DNA of 63,982 bases, counting the filler, from Lenisia limosa (Eukaryota > Protista > Breviatea), in the NCBI GenBank assembly GCA_001655205.1. It is 15 parts of 15 records of this genome, joined end to end, with 100 filler letters (N's around TTAATTAATTAA, not from the genome) between each part and the next. Parts side by side here need not be neighbours in the genome. Positions count along the whole stretch, not along the records: positions 22,995 to 30,603 come from LPNZ01006193.1; positions 30,704 to 45,703 come from LPNZ01008461.1; 13 more parts are not named here. One strand, 5' to 3'. The notes beneath the pieces are model-generated. The model made no database searches and was not told where the DNA came from. It saw nothing but the letters and a program-made list of their open reading frames with translations. This document shows, piece by piece, positions 24,745-39,000 of this stretch (positions are counted from its first letter, which is position 1; every line of letters starts with the position of its first letter). The translations under genes and the position numbers were made by a program.

Positions 24745-26090
24745 TGTAATAGCGCTTCTGGTTGTCTGGGGTGTTGAAGAACCTCCATGAGAATGCCCCC
24801 TTCTTGTTGACGCCGTCACCGAAATGTTCTTCGTCATCTTCAGCAAGATCAAGCATCTCTGGGAAAACCTTCTTCTTGTAGTATTGCCGTTCTCCGTTTT
24901 CTTGCTGGGTATAGCGCCAGACAAACGGGTCATTCTCTGTTACGTAATTGCTGTTTGTGGTTTTGGCGGAGCTGGTAGTGTTGAAGCCGCTGAAAACCTC
25001 CTTGTTCTGTGCCGGCGGCGCGTTCTTCTTGGGCTTGCGCTTGGCCTTGGTTGAGCGCTGCCACGCCTAAAGTGGCATAAGTAGGGCTTCACTTCGGTTA
25101 AAAAAGACTGAATTTCTCGATAAATCCTCGATAAATATCGACATTGAACCGGTCTTTTTCGGACTGTAGGGAAACCCTCGGCATAAGTGCCAGTAGCGTG
25201 GAAACAAGCCATGTTAAAATTACGATCAAACTGTTAACAGCAAAGATGGAATAAAATTTGAAAAGTCAAAACAAGTCGTAACACATCTTTCATTCTCAGT
25301 CATCCTTCAACACTTTTACGACTCCTACATTATCTCCCACGATTATGCCTTCCCCCCTTCATTGAATACATGCACCAATTCCAACATGCCCCAACCGCCA
25401 AAGATATCTGACGACCCCACCAACATCAGGAGGGTTAGTAAGCTTCTCAACAGCTTCTTCAAGAGACAGATCGGGCTCATCACTAAGCAAAGTTTGGATC
25501 TCTTTATCCTTGTAACCCATGTTCTTCAACTTTGCTTCTATGAAGAGTAAAAAAGGGTCAAATCAACACCCGAACCCCCTCAAATTACCCAAACCAACCA
25601 AGATCCATCTTCGCCGAACTAGAAGACGTGAGAAGGTGTCATAAAGAAAAAATGAACCAGACAATTGAAGAACAAAATAGCACAAATAAGCAATTCTAGC
25701 ATAAACAGCAACAAAATGGGGACGACAGCCCACCAATTTAAACTGTCGTTTCAAAGCAATCTCAAGGACGAGCTTATCTGGAAGAATGACATGCTGGAAA
25801 TAACATTAAAACTCATAATAAAGCTAAATAAGTATTTAAAGCCGCGGTATTCACGTTTGCAGAAAAGGACAGCAAAGAAAATATCGAAACCAACCACTAG
25901 CGGTGTAGTCTGTGTTTTGTACCTTCGTAGGTTGACAGGAAACAGCAGCTGAAAAAGAAAAATAATGTTTAAAACAATTTTCCGTCCCACCTCCCCCGGC
26001 CGCGCCATCACATAACCATCAATTTGAACCAAATGAACAACCGATATTCCTTCTTCCACACATAGATACACGGTAGCTTCTCCATCCTTA
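24745..26090 (-). CDS. Multi-exon protein with a UBA-like domain, partial
   Basis: Exon at about 25410-25540 reads EAKLKNMGYKDKEIQTLLSDEPDLSLEEAVEKL (MGY..AVE.L UBA pattern). Flanking GT-AG exons are present. Confidence 0.55.
25082..25179. mobile_element. hAT-type MITE family M1 copy (intronic)
   Basis: TAGGGCTTCACTTCGG..GGGAAACCCTC with a perfect 8-bp TSD GGCATAAG (25074-25081 and 25180-25187). Confidence 0.93.
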
Positions 26091-27387
26091 TACAGCAATT
26101 ATACAGTTATACAGCAGGAAAAAACTACATATCTTTGAGAAATAATTGAGTGAAGACCCCCCCCCCCCCNNNNNNNNNNNNNNNNNNNNNNNNNNNNNNN
26201 NNNNNNNNNNNNNNNNNNNNNNNNNNNNNNNNNNNNAGTGGTCGGGTCTTTTGCGATGGTGTTCGCCCCCGTATCTGGCTACTACTCCCAGTATCAAATC
26301 ATCGACTCCACAAAGTCCACCAAAGGTTTGTATCACTACTTAATAGTCTCCTCTAACTACGCATCATTTAAACTACTTCTTCCTTTAATTCGTCATTTCT
26401 ACCGGAAATGAGAACCCACAAGCAGTATTTTTGGCTTGTTTTAGTTTTGTCTATTCTAAGAACAGGCATCCCCCCCCTCCCGTTAGTTTTCTCCGTCATA
26501 AGCAATTGGATTCGAGAGTCAAAATTTACCATTTAACGGTATTCTTAACGTGTAATAAATATCATACTATTACGGGTATGAAAACGAACTACTTTTCTTC
26601 TCAACATACAAGTTATGTTGAATTTTAAAATCAATTTTGTCAGTGTTAAGATAAAGAGCTTTAGTCTTTGATATTGTGGAACCATTAGTACAGCTTCTTA
26701 AAGAGGTGTTTGCTGTCCGAAGCTGTCTCTCTTTCACATCCCAGGTTTTTCCTCAGCCGTTTGTGGAATTCTGATTCTGTCCTCGATTCTGAGATGCGGC
26801 TTTTGGGTGGGAAAACAGTTTGAGCTAACCCTGCTTTCACAGTCTCTTGGTGCGTTGGGTGGGCACGAATATTGGAAAGAAGAAACCGTAAAGTTAACTC
26901 TACGGCTAAATATGCTTGATCGAATCGCTAAACTGCAATGTGATATGCCATATTCTGCTCGAAGGATTTCTGATCCTTCTTATACTGGTGTATTAGAATC
27001 TAGATATTTTGTTTGTTGTTTGCTCGGCAGGTTACCATTTGAACTGTTCATCTTATTTTCCAGTCATGATCTTTGCACAAGTGATTCTGTTGGAGCTATG
27101 GGTATGAACACGGTATATTTTGTGACATTTCTCTATAATACCAAGGCAAAGCACAATATCTTATGTTACGTAAATGATCGTCTTGACTTTTCAGGTGAGA
27201 ACTCGATTTGACTTTGAAAGGGCTTCAAACACAAAACCAAAAACTTGGCTCGGTTTGTTGGATTCTCATGGAGAAATGTACCATATGATATGTTGAAAAT
27301 AAGAAACATGGTAAATAACCTCACTTGTTATAGTTTTTTCCGGACAGTTCATTATAAAATTGAATATTCTCCCTCTTGTCTTCCAAC

Positions 27388-27472
27388 TAGAGCTTCACTT
27401 CGCGAAAAAGACGATAGGTTTCGAGGATTTATCGAGAAATTCCGTCTTTTTTCGAACCAAAGTGAAGCCCTA
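27388..27472. mobile_element. hAT-type MITE family M1 copy
   Basis: TAGAGCTTCACTT..AGTGAAGCCCTA. TSD CTTCCAAC/CTTCTAAC (7/8). Confidence 0.9.
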
Positions 27473-27829
27473 CTTCTAACTTTGCACGGGAACAAGAAAA
27501 CTGTGGTATTTAAGTTGGGGAGAAATGGATGGGAATAATAACTGTTTACATTGACACAGAATTAACTTTACTCATTTTGATACATATCATATACTAGTAG
27601 ATAGTATAAAGTAATATGGACAGTACTGTAAAGATTGAGAGCTATGGATAGTCGTTCACACAAACAATAGCATTTTATTGATATGGCATCCCATATTATT
27701 TTTAGGCAAAGTGAACACACTGGCATACATAGCCAAGGCCTTACTTAACCCAAAATAAAGTACCAATTGATATCAATTGATATTGGTACTTTTTAAAAAA
27801 ACCAAAAAAAAAGCCCACCAGAACTTTCA

Positions 27830-27995
27830 ACACGCTTGGCGGTTCCCGGTTTGAAGAATGAGGGGGGCATGGCCACAATGGCGTCAGGGCCAACAACCCG
27901 CGCGTAATTAGCCAGATCTAATGAGTCTGCCAACCTGTCGGCGGAAACATGGGCGTAAATCTTGAGCTTCTCTCTCGTCGCAATCCAGGACTCTG
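27830..27995 (-). CDS. Exon of a DHDPS/N-acetylneuraminate lyase family protein
   Basis: ESWIATREKLKIYAHVSADRLADSLDLANYARVVGPDAIVAMPPSFFKPG resembles the HVG..S..ELA..A...GAD.I...P.F.KP block. Flanking exons were not found. Confidence 0.55.
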
Positions 27996-29415
27996 AAAGG
28001 GACGTGATAAGGTTTCATATTTATCATGTGTGGAAAGAGCATCATCTCGATTTTTGGGTCATTTTCTGAAAAATCGAATACTTTGGGAACCATTTTGACT
28101 TGGCAGTCTTTATTTCACCTCATTTGGTCACAACAAAAGAATCATTTTCTTCGTGTTGTGACAATAATACAAAGTGATCAAGAAATGAAATAACCCTCCA
28201 GACTACAAATGGCGCGATACTTGGGCATGGGATACGTTTGAGTCTTATGCAGTGTTCGCTTTTGCGACTGCAGTTCTCATTGGCACTTTCTCAATATTGA
28301 CTTCGGTAGGTTGCTGTTAGCACTTTCAATGTTGGTAGTATGCTGTCATATATTGCACACTGTCGCATTAAGAGCTCATCAATTCACTTGGTGCAAGAAA
28401 AACCTGAGAGTGATATGAATATTGGTGTATTGTTGGTGATGCTTCCACCAGATGAGAAAAATTCAAACCCCTGCTCCCTTCCATCATAATACTATACCCA
28501 CAGTCTGACTTCTTTAAAATTACTGTACGTTAATTGTCTTAGAAAGTAAGCTTTATTGTTGAAATGATTGGAACACTGTCACTTGGAATTGAGGCTAGTC
28601 TGGGTGTCCCTCAGATGATCGCAAATTATAACAAAAAGTCTACAAAAGGTCTCAGGTATGTTCAACTTTTATTATCAGAATAAAAAAATAGGATGGCATA
28701 TGACATTCATATTTATAACATCTAAATCTTGAATACGTATCATATGATGATAAAATATGTACAACAGTCTTTTCTCACCATTTAGCAAGTTCCTGATCTT
28801 CACTTGGGTTTGTGGGGGGTTATCCTGTTAGATTTGCAACACCAATAAAAAAAATCTTGATATTTTGATTCACTCTCACGTTGTACAAGTATTGTATGAT
28901 ACTGTATCATATATCAATGAAGATATGTTGGATAATGTGCAACTGTAGCGTTACTATTTCCAGTTCGCAGGAGACGGGTACAAGACTTTGTTCTTCCTCC
29001 TAAGACAGGTGGGGCGGGGGCAATTTTTTTTTATGTTTCTTACCGGTAAATGTTGTGGGAATAGTCTCTTCAAATGGTTTTTTTTGCTTTCATCCCCTAG
29101 TCGCCAATGCAATTCATCCTGTGTGGCGTATTCCAGTTGCTGGTTGACTGTGTCATTCTCTTCCAGATCCAGTTCTATGGTGACCATTCTGACTAATAAT
29201 GATTCTATGGTATCAGGGCCAAGGTAGATGTACGTTTGTTTCTGTCAAGTCCAACACTTCCATCCAAAACAAAAGACCATGAAAAGCACCATTGAATATT
29301 ATTGTACAATTGTTACATTTTTTTTTTTTTTTTTAAAGAAGATATACACAAAAAATTTTACAGCGAGGAAGCAAAAATACACAGGGAAAACCTTGATATA
29401 CAGTGATCACACGAT

Positions 29416-30596
29416 CTAAGCAGGGTTGAACATGGCCTGGGCGACCTCTGCGTCAAGTCCCTCGGCAACCGCAACTTCGGGATAGAACTCGTGGAGATGG
29501 TGGAGTCCGTCTGCTGTTGGTCCGTTCCGGGCGACCTGGTAGATGGGGAGGCAGCTCTGCGTAACCGGCGTGGGAATGCCGTTGACGTCGACAGTCATGG
29601 GCGAAATGTCCTCAAGCCCGGTGATCAGCGAAAACGCCCACTCCAGGGTTGGGAAAATGTGCTCCAACGTGAAGCCAGTGACGGCCTGGGTGAGATCCTC
29701 GAGATCTGAAAAGTGAGAGTTGTTACGGAAGGAATTTAAAAAGGAACTCATGAAAACACCGCCACGTCATCGTGAACCCAAGCTTACAAGAGAAGTCCTG
29801 GAACGTGATGGTCTCATCAGTTGATTTGATGTAGTCGTTGTAGAGAACCACGAGGAAGGCCGAGGCGGCTCGGACGGAGGGAGGGGTAACAGGCCTAGAT
29901 CAATTAGATCACAAACATCAAAAAGAGACATAAATTGAGGGGACAAGAAAATACAAACTGCCCATTGGCTTCTTAGATATTTTATAGACGGATCGATATT
30001 CATAACTTCAAAGGGCAGGACAGAGCCAGAAAAGCGTACCCATGGCCATTGATGGTGAGGAGGTCCACAGCACGCGAGATTTCGCGGAACTCATCGAGGG
30101 TGACGCAGCCGTGACCGGCAACCATGCGGAGGTGGCAGAACTGACAGGCCCATTCATGTGCCGACTTCGGAAGAATGTCCCAATTCAGAAGCTGGAAGGG
30201 TGAGAAATGCTCTTCAATATCTTCCAGAAGTTAAAGAAATGGTCAACCTCCCTTACGATCAGCATTCTGGCCTCCATCTTGACAATGTCACCGGCAGTGA
30301 AAGAAGTGTTAGGGAGGCTGGCAAGCTTCTCGGTGGTGGGGGGTGAACGTTCCTACAAACAGTCAAAAAACAGTTTGGCAAAATAGACAAAATGACAAAG
30401 TAGGTACTCCCAGGTTTCAATACAATAAAAACAGTGAAATGCCACTCACTTCAATTTTGGCCGCCATGCAAATGGCTGCGAGACCAAGCTGTTGGATAAC
30501 TTGCTCGGAGGGGTCTGGGAAATGGGGAAGACATCTATCAATGTACATCACTGCCAAATGCCAAGTGTAGCGCTGGAGCCCGAAATGGAAACAAAC
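29416..30596 (-). CDS. Cyclin (G1/S, cyclin E-like), 5'-truncated
   Basis: Cyclin box VCFHFGLQRYTWHLAVMYIDRCL..QQLGLAAICMAAKIE..FTAGDIVKMEARMLI LLNWDILP, then PPSVRAASA in the C-terminal fold. TAG at 29416-29418. Confidence 0.85.
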
Positions 30597-30859
30597 CTGG
30601 GGGNNNNNNNNNNNNNNNNNNNNNNNNNNNNNNNNNNNNNNNNNNNNTTAATTAATTAANNNNNNNNNNNNNNNNNNNNNNNNNNNNNNNNNNNNNNNNN
30701 NNNCTGAGAGGCTGTGCTGTTTGTGACTGAGGGGTAGTAGTGTGTTGGGGAGGCATGGGGGCCGGGCTATGTTGGTTATTGAAATGGAACCTTTGATGTA
30801 GATTCTATGTACTCTCGATTTACGAACAAAACTGTTAAATTAAAGTGATTCATTACCAG

Positions 30860-32652
30860 ACCAGTGCCTACTAAGGAGGTGGTCGAAGCGTGTTCGGGTC
30901 GTGGTTGAGGTGAACGAAGAAGTCGAAGAGACGATTGATAAAGAGGTTGGAGGATAAGGAGGATAGGGGACCGAGACAGTAGAGGAATGTCTAAAAATTA
31001 AGAAAGAAGAATCAAGATGACTTTTTTCATGGTAATGGGGGGGGGGTATTTGACACTTGACTCTCTGCGTGTTCAACAAGTGGAGAATGGTCAAAAAGGA
31101 CATATAGTTTAATAAATTAAGGGTTTGTGAAAAAAGGTAGTATAATTAACACACGTGACGACATAACTGCTATTCTTTTTATCAAAGTCAAGCCCGAAGA
31201 CATACTGGTCGTGATATTCCAGCTTCAGTCATTGATGCCAATGTTTGATACTGAAGATACAGCGCATCAACCTCCCCAGGTGTATCTGGGTGGGGGGGGG
31301 GGGGNNNNNNNNNNNNNNNNNNNNNNNNNNNNNNNNNNNNNNNNNNNNNNNNNNNNNNNNNNNNATATTAGAGGTCTTGGTATATAGTGACAGAGGGAAA
31401 GTTCATTGAAAATGTACGTTTGAAGACTGTCTGACAGAGTTTAAACTTACAGTGAGTTTCCTGAGCAAGAATAATTGTCTTCTTTTTTGCGAGGTACTGT
31501 CTCTTTTTGACTTCTAAATGTGTTGGAAATAAAGAACACTGAGTTATAGAAACGTAAAATTAATGGAAAAACTATAAGTTACCTTCCTCAAACAAAATTA
31601 ACCATAAGGTAGTAAATAGAGAATGATACGACTTTGTACACTCAAATGGAGGGGAAAATGCAAAAATATGTTCATAATTCATAAAAATAAAAAAAATATG
31701 TAGTCACAAGAGTATCCACAGTAATTTCTACTGACACGGACAAATTCCAATTCTGCATATATTAATATTTGGTGACGATCACATTATGCGACCAACATAC
31801 CCGCTGGATACAACGAAGGAACCCTGGGCATTGCGCCGCTGAGGAGCGATGGCATCGGGACGCGGATATGGAGGAGAACATGGGACGGGTCGTGGACATT
31901 TCGACTTTCACATTCCGAACAGAGGTCGAAGTCTAGGCAGCTCAGGCATCTGTGGAATTGTCACTTGGCAAACGGAAATTAGACAATAATCGCGGTATTA
32001 ACTTGACTGCTATTTTGGAGATAGTATATTCTCTTATTATGGAAATTTAAAATGGAATAAATATGAGGATTGGTGCAATGGCATACATATGAGGACTGGT
32101 GCAATGACATACATATGAGGATTGGTACAATGGCATACATTTTTTATTAACTACGGGTTTTGTTGACAAGGGATAATATAGTCTTTGGCATTTACTCCGT
32201 TTTCTAAAAAAAAACATTCTAGCTTGATACTGTCCAGCGTACTTGTACCTGACCCCTCGTATTGGAGAACAGTGACACTGGTTGCAACTGACTCTGTAAT
32301 GTAGGTATGATTCTAGGAAGTGATGGGCTGTTTTCTTGGAAAACGAATGAATGTGCCCCAAAGAGACCTTTTAGCAAAATAAATCTGAAAGGAACAATGC
32401 AAGAATTCTTACTATAATCCAATGCAAAAGTCAGAACAAATATGATAAAGTCATATTCACAAGAAGATAAAAGCATAGTACGATATTGGGACAATCCTCA
32501 CCTTTCCATCTCTTCTCCCGATAGAGGTTATACACAAGGGCCAGGGCTTTGTCAGGGAATTTCGTCCAGGGCGCCTGCGTCCTTTTAACAACGACGTACG
32601 TCAAATATGCCGTCCCTGAGATAGCAGCAAGGCTTAGAAGGCTTTTCAACAT
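30860..32652 (-). CDS. Membrane-anchored ZZ-type zinc finger protein with a probable EF-hand-like region
   Basis: N-terminal hydrophobic helix, then HYRVSCNQCHCSPIRGVRYK|CLSCLDFDLCSECE..H (ZZ finger), then EVDALYLQYQTLA..GISR and CLGPL..NLFINRLFDFF. Confidence 0.8.
32061..32140. repeat. 26-bp tandem repeat x3 (intronic)
   Basis: ATATGAGGATTGGTGCAATGGCATAC at 32061, 32087 and 32113. Confidence 0.9.
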
Positions 32653-33081
32653 CTCAGAATGGAGCAATGAAAATCTAATTTAGTTCATTTTTGCGTAAAT
32701 TCACAAAAAATGTATTTTTCTTAATATTATTATAATATTATTCCTCTGTATCAAACATGACACTCACGTGCGTGCATGACACAAAATAGATTGCATTTGT
32801 CAAAATTGATGGGGTAACGAAGCACCTGAAATTATCTCTTCCGCGGGAATGTACGATTGTGGAATTTGCAATTTGGCGATTGAGAGCTTGAAATGACCAT
32901 CTCGAATAAATAATAAATAATACTATTGTTATTAAATAATAATTATCAGTTCAAGATAGCTGAAACGAGTTGCTGGCATTATGCTTCCTCCACTTTAGGC
33001 ATTGCTCGGATATTAGAGCAACACCAAGTATTTAGTGGGCAGTCTAGTTTATAGAACATATTTTGACGACGTTCACTCTAA

Positions 33082-36000
33082 ATGGATTCGTCTTCAGCAA
33101 TGAGCCACTATGACGTTACTGTCTTAAGCCAGCGGCTCTGGATAGTAAGCTGTATAGGAGAGTTGTACTTATTTATGATAGAGTCGTACTATTTTGGTGG
33201 TCCTTGTCGGAGTCCTCGCATTGGTTCACTCGATCGTTGTTGTCGTTGTCACTCACCTGTCTCTCCGTGACAGTGGTAGGCTTCTTAAGTGTTAATTCTA
33301 ATGAAATACCATACCCTACTCACCATACGGCTTTCCCTTCTCCCTCACCTTGTAGTGTTTCATCTCACTGATCACTTTGTCAATCAAACAGTTGGAGAGG
33401 GGGGGGGGGGGGGNNNNNNNNNNNNNNNNNNNNNNNNNNNNNNNNNNNNNNNNNNNNNNNNNNNNNNNNNNNNNNNNNNNNNNNNNNNNNNNNNNNNNNN
33501 NNNNNNNNNNNNNNNCAGGTGAAAGAATCCCTGAACGCGGTGGAGGTGAGTTAAGTGTATCAAAATCTCTGTAACTTTTTCAGGCAATCAATCACGGCGT
33601 CTATGAGCAGTTTCTTCATTCCGACTGGGACATCTCAAATTGGACCACTGTCGACAATGATATTTTTCCGGTGCTCTATTCCAGTATCCATAGTCCATGT
33701 TAGCGAGATGCCTCCTTTATGCTGCTTATATCAGCGAAAATGATTGCGTTGCTTCTGGTTGAATTGGTGTGAAAATTCAAACTTGATGGTTTTTGGAAGG
33801 TATAATAGAATTGGGTTCATCATGCTCTAAGATATTTTACCTTTATCTTGGACTAACTAACACTAACCTTGATGAGTATTGCTGAAAGAGGGCCAACTAT
33901 AATGTCATATCATACAAATTACGTATCAAGACTTTCTGTAACATTATTCGTCACAGAAAGATGAGGAAGTACCAGTTCATTATATACTGTGGAATTTTGT
34001 CATTCTTAATGTACATTTCTCACGGATTCAGACGCTTTGCCAAGGGTGTCGCAGTTAATGGTAGCAGCAGAGGGCGAGGCTATTTACTTTTCGCACATAT
34101 ATGTAAGCTTAGTGTCATGTGTATTGTAATGGTGTTGTTTTGCCTTCGCTTATATTACTTGTCCGAAACAGCTGTATGTTTCCAGTTGCCTCACATGTGC
34201 GTGCATATCATATTATACATACATAATATGATATGCATATACATATCGATAAGTACATTTGAACGTAACAAAATTTATAAGCATTCTCGCATCGCTTTGT
34301 AAATTATTTAAATACATTAAAACTGATCTAATCCCATTATTGGTAGATTGCCTGGTGTGGTCAAATCGTTGTGTATTACTTCTTCTTTATCCCACCAGGA
34401 CGAATACTTCGTTTACCGACTTGGGGCAAACGAGTCACAGCCGCAGAATCTCCAGTGGTGGTCTGTTGAGGACTCTCATGTAAGTGATCGCTTATTTCTC
34501 GATGTAGCAATATACAGTGACCGGGATTAGTCTTGATCTATTTTCATTGGGAAATCACACAGCAAATCGGCCAAGACTTATCCCGGTCTATTTGACGTGA
34601 TTTTGCTTGAGTGCTTCTATCCTGCCTTCTACAGTATGAAGTGATATTGCCTTCATGGCTCCAGGAAGAAGGTAAAATCGTTGAGACCGGTCCACTTGGG
34701 GAGAGCGGGCCAATCGACGCTCGTCTTCGTAACTATTACACCGTGACTGAGAACCTCGAATCAGGTTGGGCACTATGATGGGGTTGAAGGGAAACGATTG
34801 GTGACTTTATGCTGTGGTTACCTCTTATCAGTATCGACAGAGTAAAGCGCATTGCATGGTTATAGAAGGCTAGTATGGTAGTATTATGGAAAATAATTGT
34901 TTGGTTATTGCGAGATATTTAATTATCACTTATCAAGACCAGAACTAAGTTTAAGGTGTTATTTGTAAATAATATCAAAGCTACTATTATCTAACCGAAA
35001 GCCAATCCGTGCCCCCTAGGTGAAAGCAAGTGGTTCTCTCCCATCAGCAGCAAAGGTCCCGAAAGGACTGTCTTAGGCGGCGTGTCAACTCCTGTTTTCA
35101 AGTGGGGAAGGCTTGGCTTTTCCTCTTTGCAAATGGGTGCTTGCTTAAAAGGTTTATATTCTCTTTTTCTTACTTCTTCCCCCAAGCCACTAGCAGTACT
35201 GGTTTTTGAAGATATAAAGGATAACCTTTACTTTTCAATATCAAGGCTATACATTTAACTTATCAGAAATGGAGAGAGAATTGCAGTGATCTCAAGAATG
35301 CTTCGCTTGCCATACCTGACCGAAAACTATCATCTTCCCTTTCACGGGGAATTTGGAGACATGAATATCGTTGTTTTCGAGAGGGAAACCGGCTATCTCA
35401 TCAGTAAGGAAGCCATGCTATGGTTATCTTCCTCTTTCTGGTCTTGATTTTCTTCCCTGTTTTTATTTCCTTTCCCTCTGACTCCGAGGTTGTACGAGCT
35501 GTGACGTCATGGCTCACCATGAAGATTCCGGGTTATGGGACCGCGTGCATTACCAGCAGACAAATGACTCAGTTTTGGGGGGGGGGGGTACTTTAGTGTG
35601 TCAAATGNNNNNNNNNNNNNNNNNNNNNNNNNNNNNNNNNNNNNNNNNNNNNNNNNNNNNNNNNNNNNNNNNNNNNNNNNNNNNNNNNNNNNNNNNNNNN
35701 NNNNNNNNNNNNNNNNNNNNNNCATCTATCAAGGAACTCCAAATCAATGGGGAGAACTGGTTCACTTACGTAGGAAGAGGGGTGATGCATGATTGTGAAT
35801 CACAGCATCCGATCATTGGAATACATCATTCATCGTTGTAGTCCACTCAGATTGAGGCTAACGGTCTTGCATGGATCCTTGTGGCAGGAGTGAGCAGTGA
35901 CCACATTTGGGAGGCTACTACTGATACTTTTTGGACTTCTATATGGGTGGCGCTAGGTAGTGGTATGGGGGTGATCATGTTTTTAGATCTTAGATTTGTT

Positions 36001-39000
36001 GTGGATTTTACATTTACGGGTCAGCATATTGAAAGAATTTCATTAGGTTCTACCAAAATTGTCACAATTTTATTTTGTTAACATCCTTCAAGATTTCCTT
36101 TTTTTTATTTTCTAGCGATCGTTGGCGTTCTGTTAGTGGTAACTGTGGCCTTCAAGCTCATCAAGATGCCAAAAACGGAGTCTCTTATAAAGGTGGGAGG
36201 ATCCAGAGCAGTCCCCTACTCTCAGACTTATATTTGCAAAAAGTCATTTGAATTTCAATTACAAATATTGCACAATAGACAACATGTGTCTCAACTTACT
36301 ACTCTGTGCATATTCTTTTTTATTTCATCTGACGATTTAGGAGAAAAAATGTCTGTCTGAGGTCACACAGCCGCCAATTGGAACATATCTTCTCACAGCC
36401 ATCGATACTCTCAGAAATGGTTGGCGTTGATGAGCTCAAATCAGCGTCTTTCTTCAGGTTATATTTGATTTTTGTCTTAGAATCATTTATATTTTGTCAA
36501 TGAGAAAACATGTCCATTTATTGTCTAAAAAAAACAATGCACTGACACTTTTCACACTCGCATTATTATGTAGTTGCTTATCTTTCCAGGCTCAAAAGAA
36601 GATGCCATTATCATCTTAAGTGAATTCCAAAACATATTAAAAGTTGACCCACGGACCTTGGATTTGGTATGCCAAATTGATGAAAGATCCAGTGAGATAC
36701 ATACGTTATCTAGGCAAAGATATAAAATAATTGGCGTTTTTGAGGCTGAATTCACTGAATTTTGCCCATTTAACTTGGAGTAACTCACTAGGGGATCAAC
36801 AATCCACAACAGTTAGCGTGGCTAAGTAATAACTTTGGTTACCGAGCCACAACTCTCTCCGTAGGTGGCTGCTGCTTTACTGCTTGAAGATTTCAAATCT
36901 GGATGGGTGGCATGCTAAAAAAACCTCTGAAATTTCGAACGTCCCCTTAGGATCCAACTCACCTTTTTAGGACAAATTCTGTGATAGCCCTGAGATTTAT
37001 GCCCAGTACGGGGAAGATGAACATGATTTTGAATCCATATATATTTGGAATTTTTAAATCTTGATATGTGTGACTGTCCCCCCCCCCCAGGCAATTCCAT
37101 GAAACCAACCCCAAGTTTTGCATCTTTGGTGGAAATCCGCACCATGCTTCGTGCCACATAATTCTGTCAACATTGAATTCCTTCGAGTTCAACATCTTGT
37201 ACCTCAATGCAGTGACTGAAGGTTTGTATCTTGCCTTCTCATTCACCCATTGAATCTTGTGTTTCAAAGAACATATTTTGGAATATTTTATCTTCACACG
37301 TCTTCACCCCTTCCCCAGAAAAGCCCCTCTCTACTATCCTTATGTACACAATGTTGACATGTGGGCTCCTTGACGAGCTTCCAATTGACCTTGTCAAATT
37401 CGTGTAAGTTGGGTGTAGTTGATAGGTATTTATTGGGCTGACTTAGGATTTCTCGAGAAATCCAGTTTTTGTTTTTTTGAAGTGAAGCCCTATATCTTCA
37501 TGACGTTTCCTTCAATAGGTTGACCCATTAGGAACTGGTCTCACAAACTGGAGTCACGCTATACCACTAACTTGTTCCATGGAAGTTGCAGAGCATCTGG
37601 TTGGACTCATTGGACAATTCTAATATATAATATACACCAATTTTCTTTGGGAAATGATAGAGCAAATCGATCAAGACTTATCCCGGTCACTGTACATCGA
37701 TACTTCACCCAAACTTTTGATATGATATAGGTATTGAAACAGCGGACACCATTATGGTCATGGGTATACTAACGCTGATAGCATAATAAGTAAAATCACT
37801 AAATCCTCATCATTTCAGACGTTTTGGCTTCGATGGTACACTTCCTCACCAGTTGTTCTAACATTGTTCGATTCCTCTCGCCCTTGGACCGCTTGGCTGC
37901 AATCATGGCTGCTGCATCTATAGACTTCAAACATGATGGTTGGTGGCAGCCCTTGATAATGATACCTTATGTTTGCTCTTCTCACGAAGTTTGTTCTTAT
38001 ATTTCTTCTTGAAACACGATCAATCTCCCCCCCCCCCTTATCATTTCACAAATGAGATGTTATCATACATATTTCATCTCCATTTACAGTAGCCATTAAT
38101 AACCATCTTTGTATTTGATCTTTTTTTTACTTACAGGTCTCTCCAACTCCTACCATGCCAAGGCAGAAACAGAAAAGTCGCACCACTTCCAAACAGAATC
38201 TGTCTGCTTACTATAATTTTCGCCAGGGACTGCTTACCATATTATTCACCATGAGACTGCTCACTATAATGTTTATTTGCTTCTCTATTTAGACTCTAAA
38301 CAGCAGTACCAATAATGTGTATTCTTAGCTTGATTGTTTTATTCATAATACTATACCAGATCAGTACCCTAGTTTTCATGGTCGCAGGTGAACGAAAAAG
38401 AGGCAGCCAGTGCGGCGTGGGCCCTTATGAAGCTACCGCAGAATCAGTTTATAGACCTCAGTAACAGTGAACTGTGGGCCGACTGGGTTTTACTGGGAAT
38501 TGGATGCTTTATTTCAATATTTGGCATAATATGTGTACGGTATGACTCAAGGATAGTTTCTTACTAGATTTTTAATTTTACATGTCTTTTCTGTATTGTT
38601 CATTTTGTTGAGCATTGAATGTGGAAATGCCTAAGCCCCCCTCCCCCCCCATACTATTGTTCTTCTGCTTCAAATCGTTTCCACCTCCCCCTAAAACCAC
38701 CGCAATCGCATTCAACCGCTTTTCACATATCATATGTAGTGGGACACCTTTGAGGAAAAAGTTTTTCACGATGCTGCTTTCGTCTGACCTCTCCAAGTGG
38801 GTTTGGTTTCTCATGGTTTGTACCTGGTGTTCGTCATTTTGATGTGTACTTTCCTTTCTATTACTTCCTTTCGTTTTGCTTGGTGCCTTCCAACATTAGG
38901 TTTCTCAATTGACACTTTTGACCATCTTCCTTTCGCATTTGATCCTTTAGGCATTTTGATGAAGTTGCAATCTTCAATACTATGGTATCTTTCAAAAGTG

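Noticed and set aside
25068-25190. M1 MITEs as introners
   Set aside because: The copies examined sit inside introns with their own TSDs, and their ends do not coincide with both splice sites.
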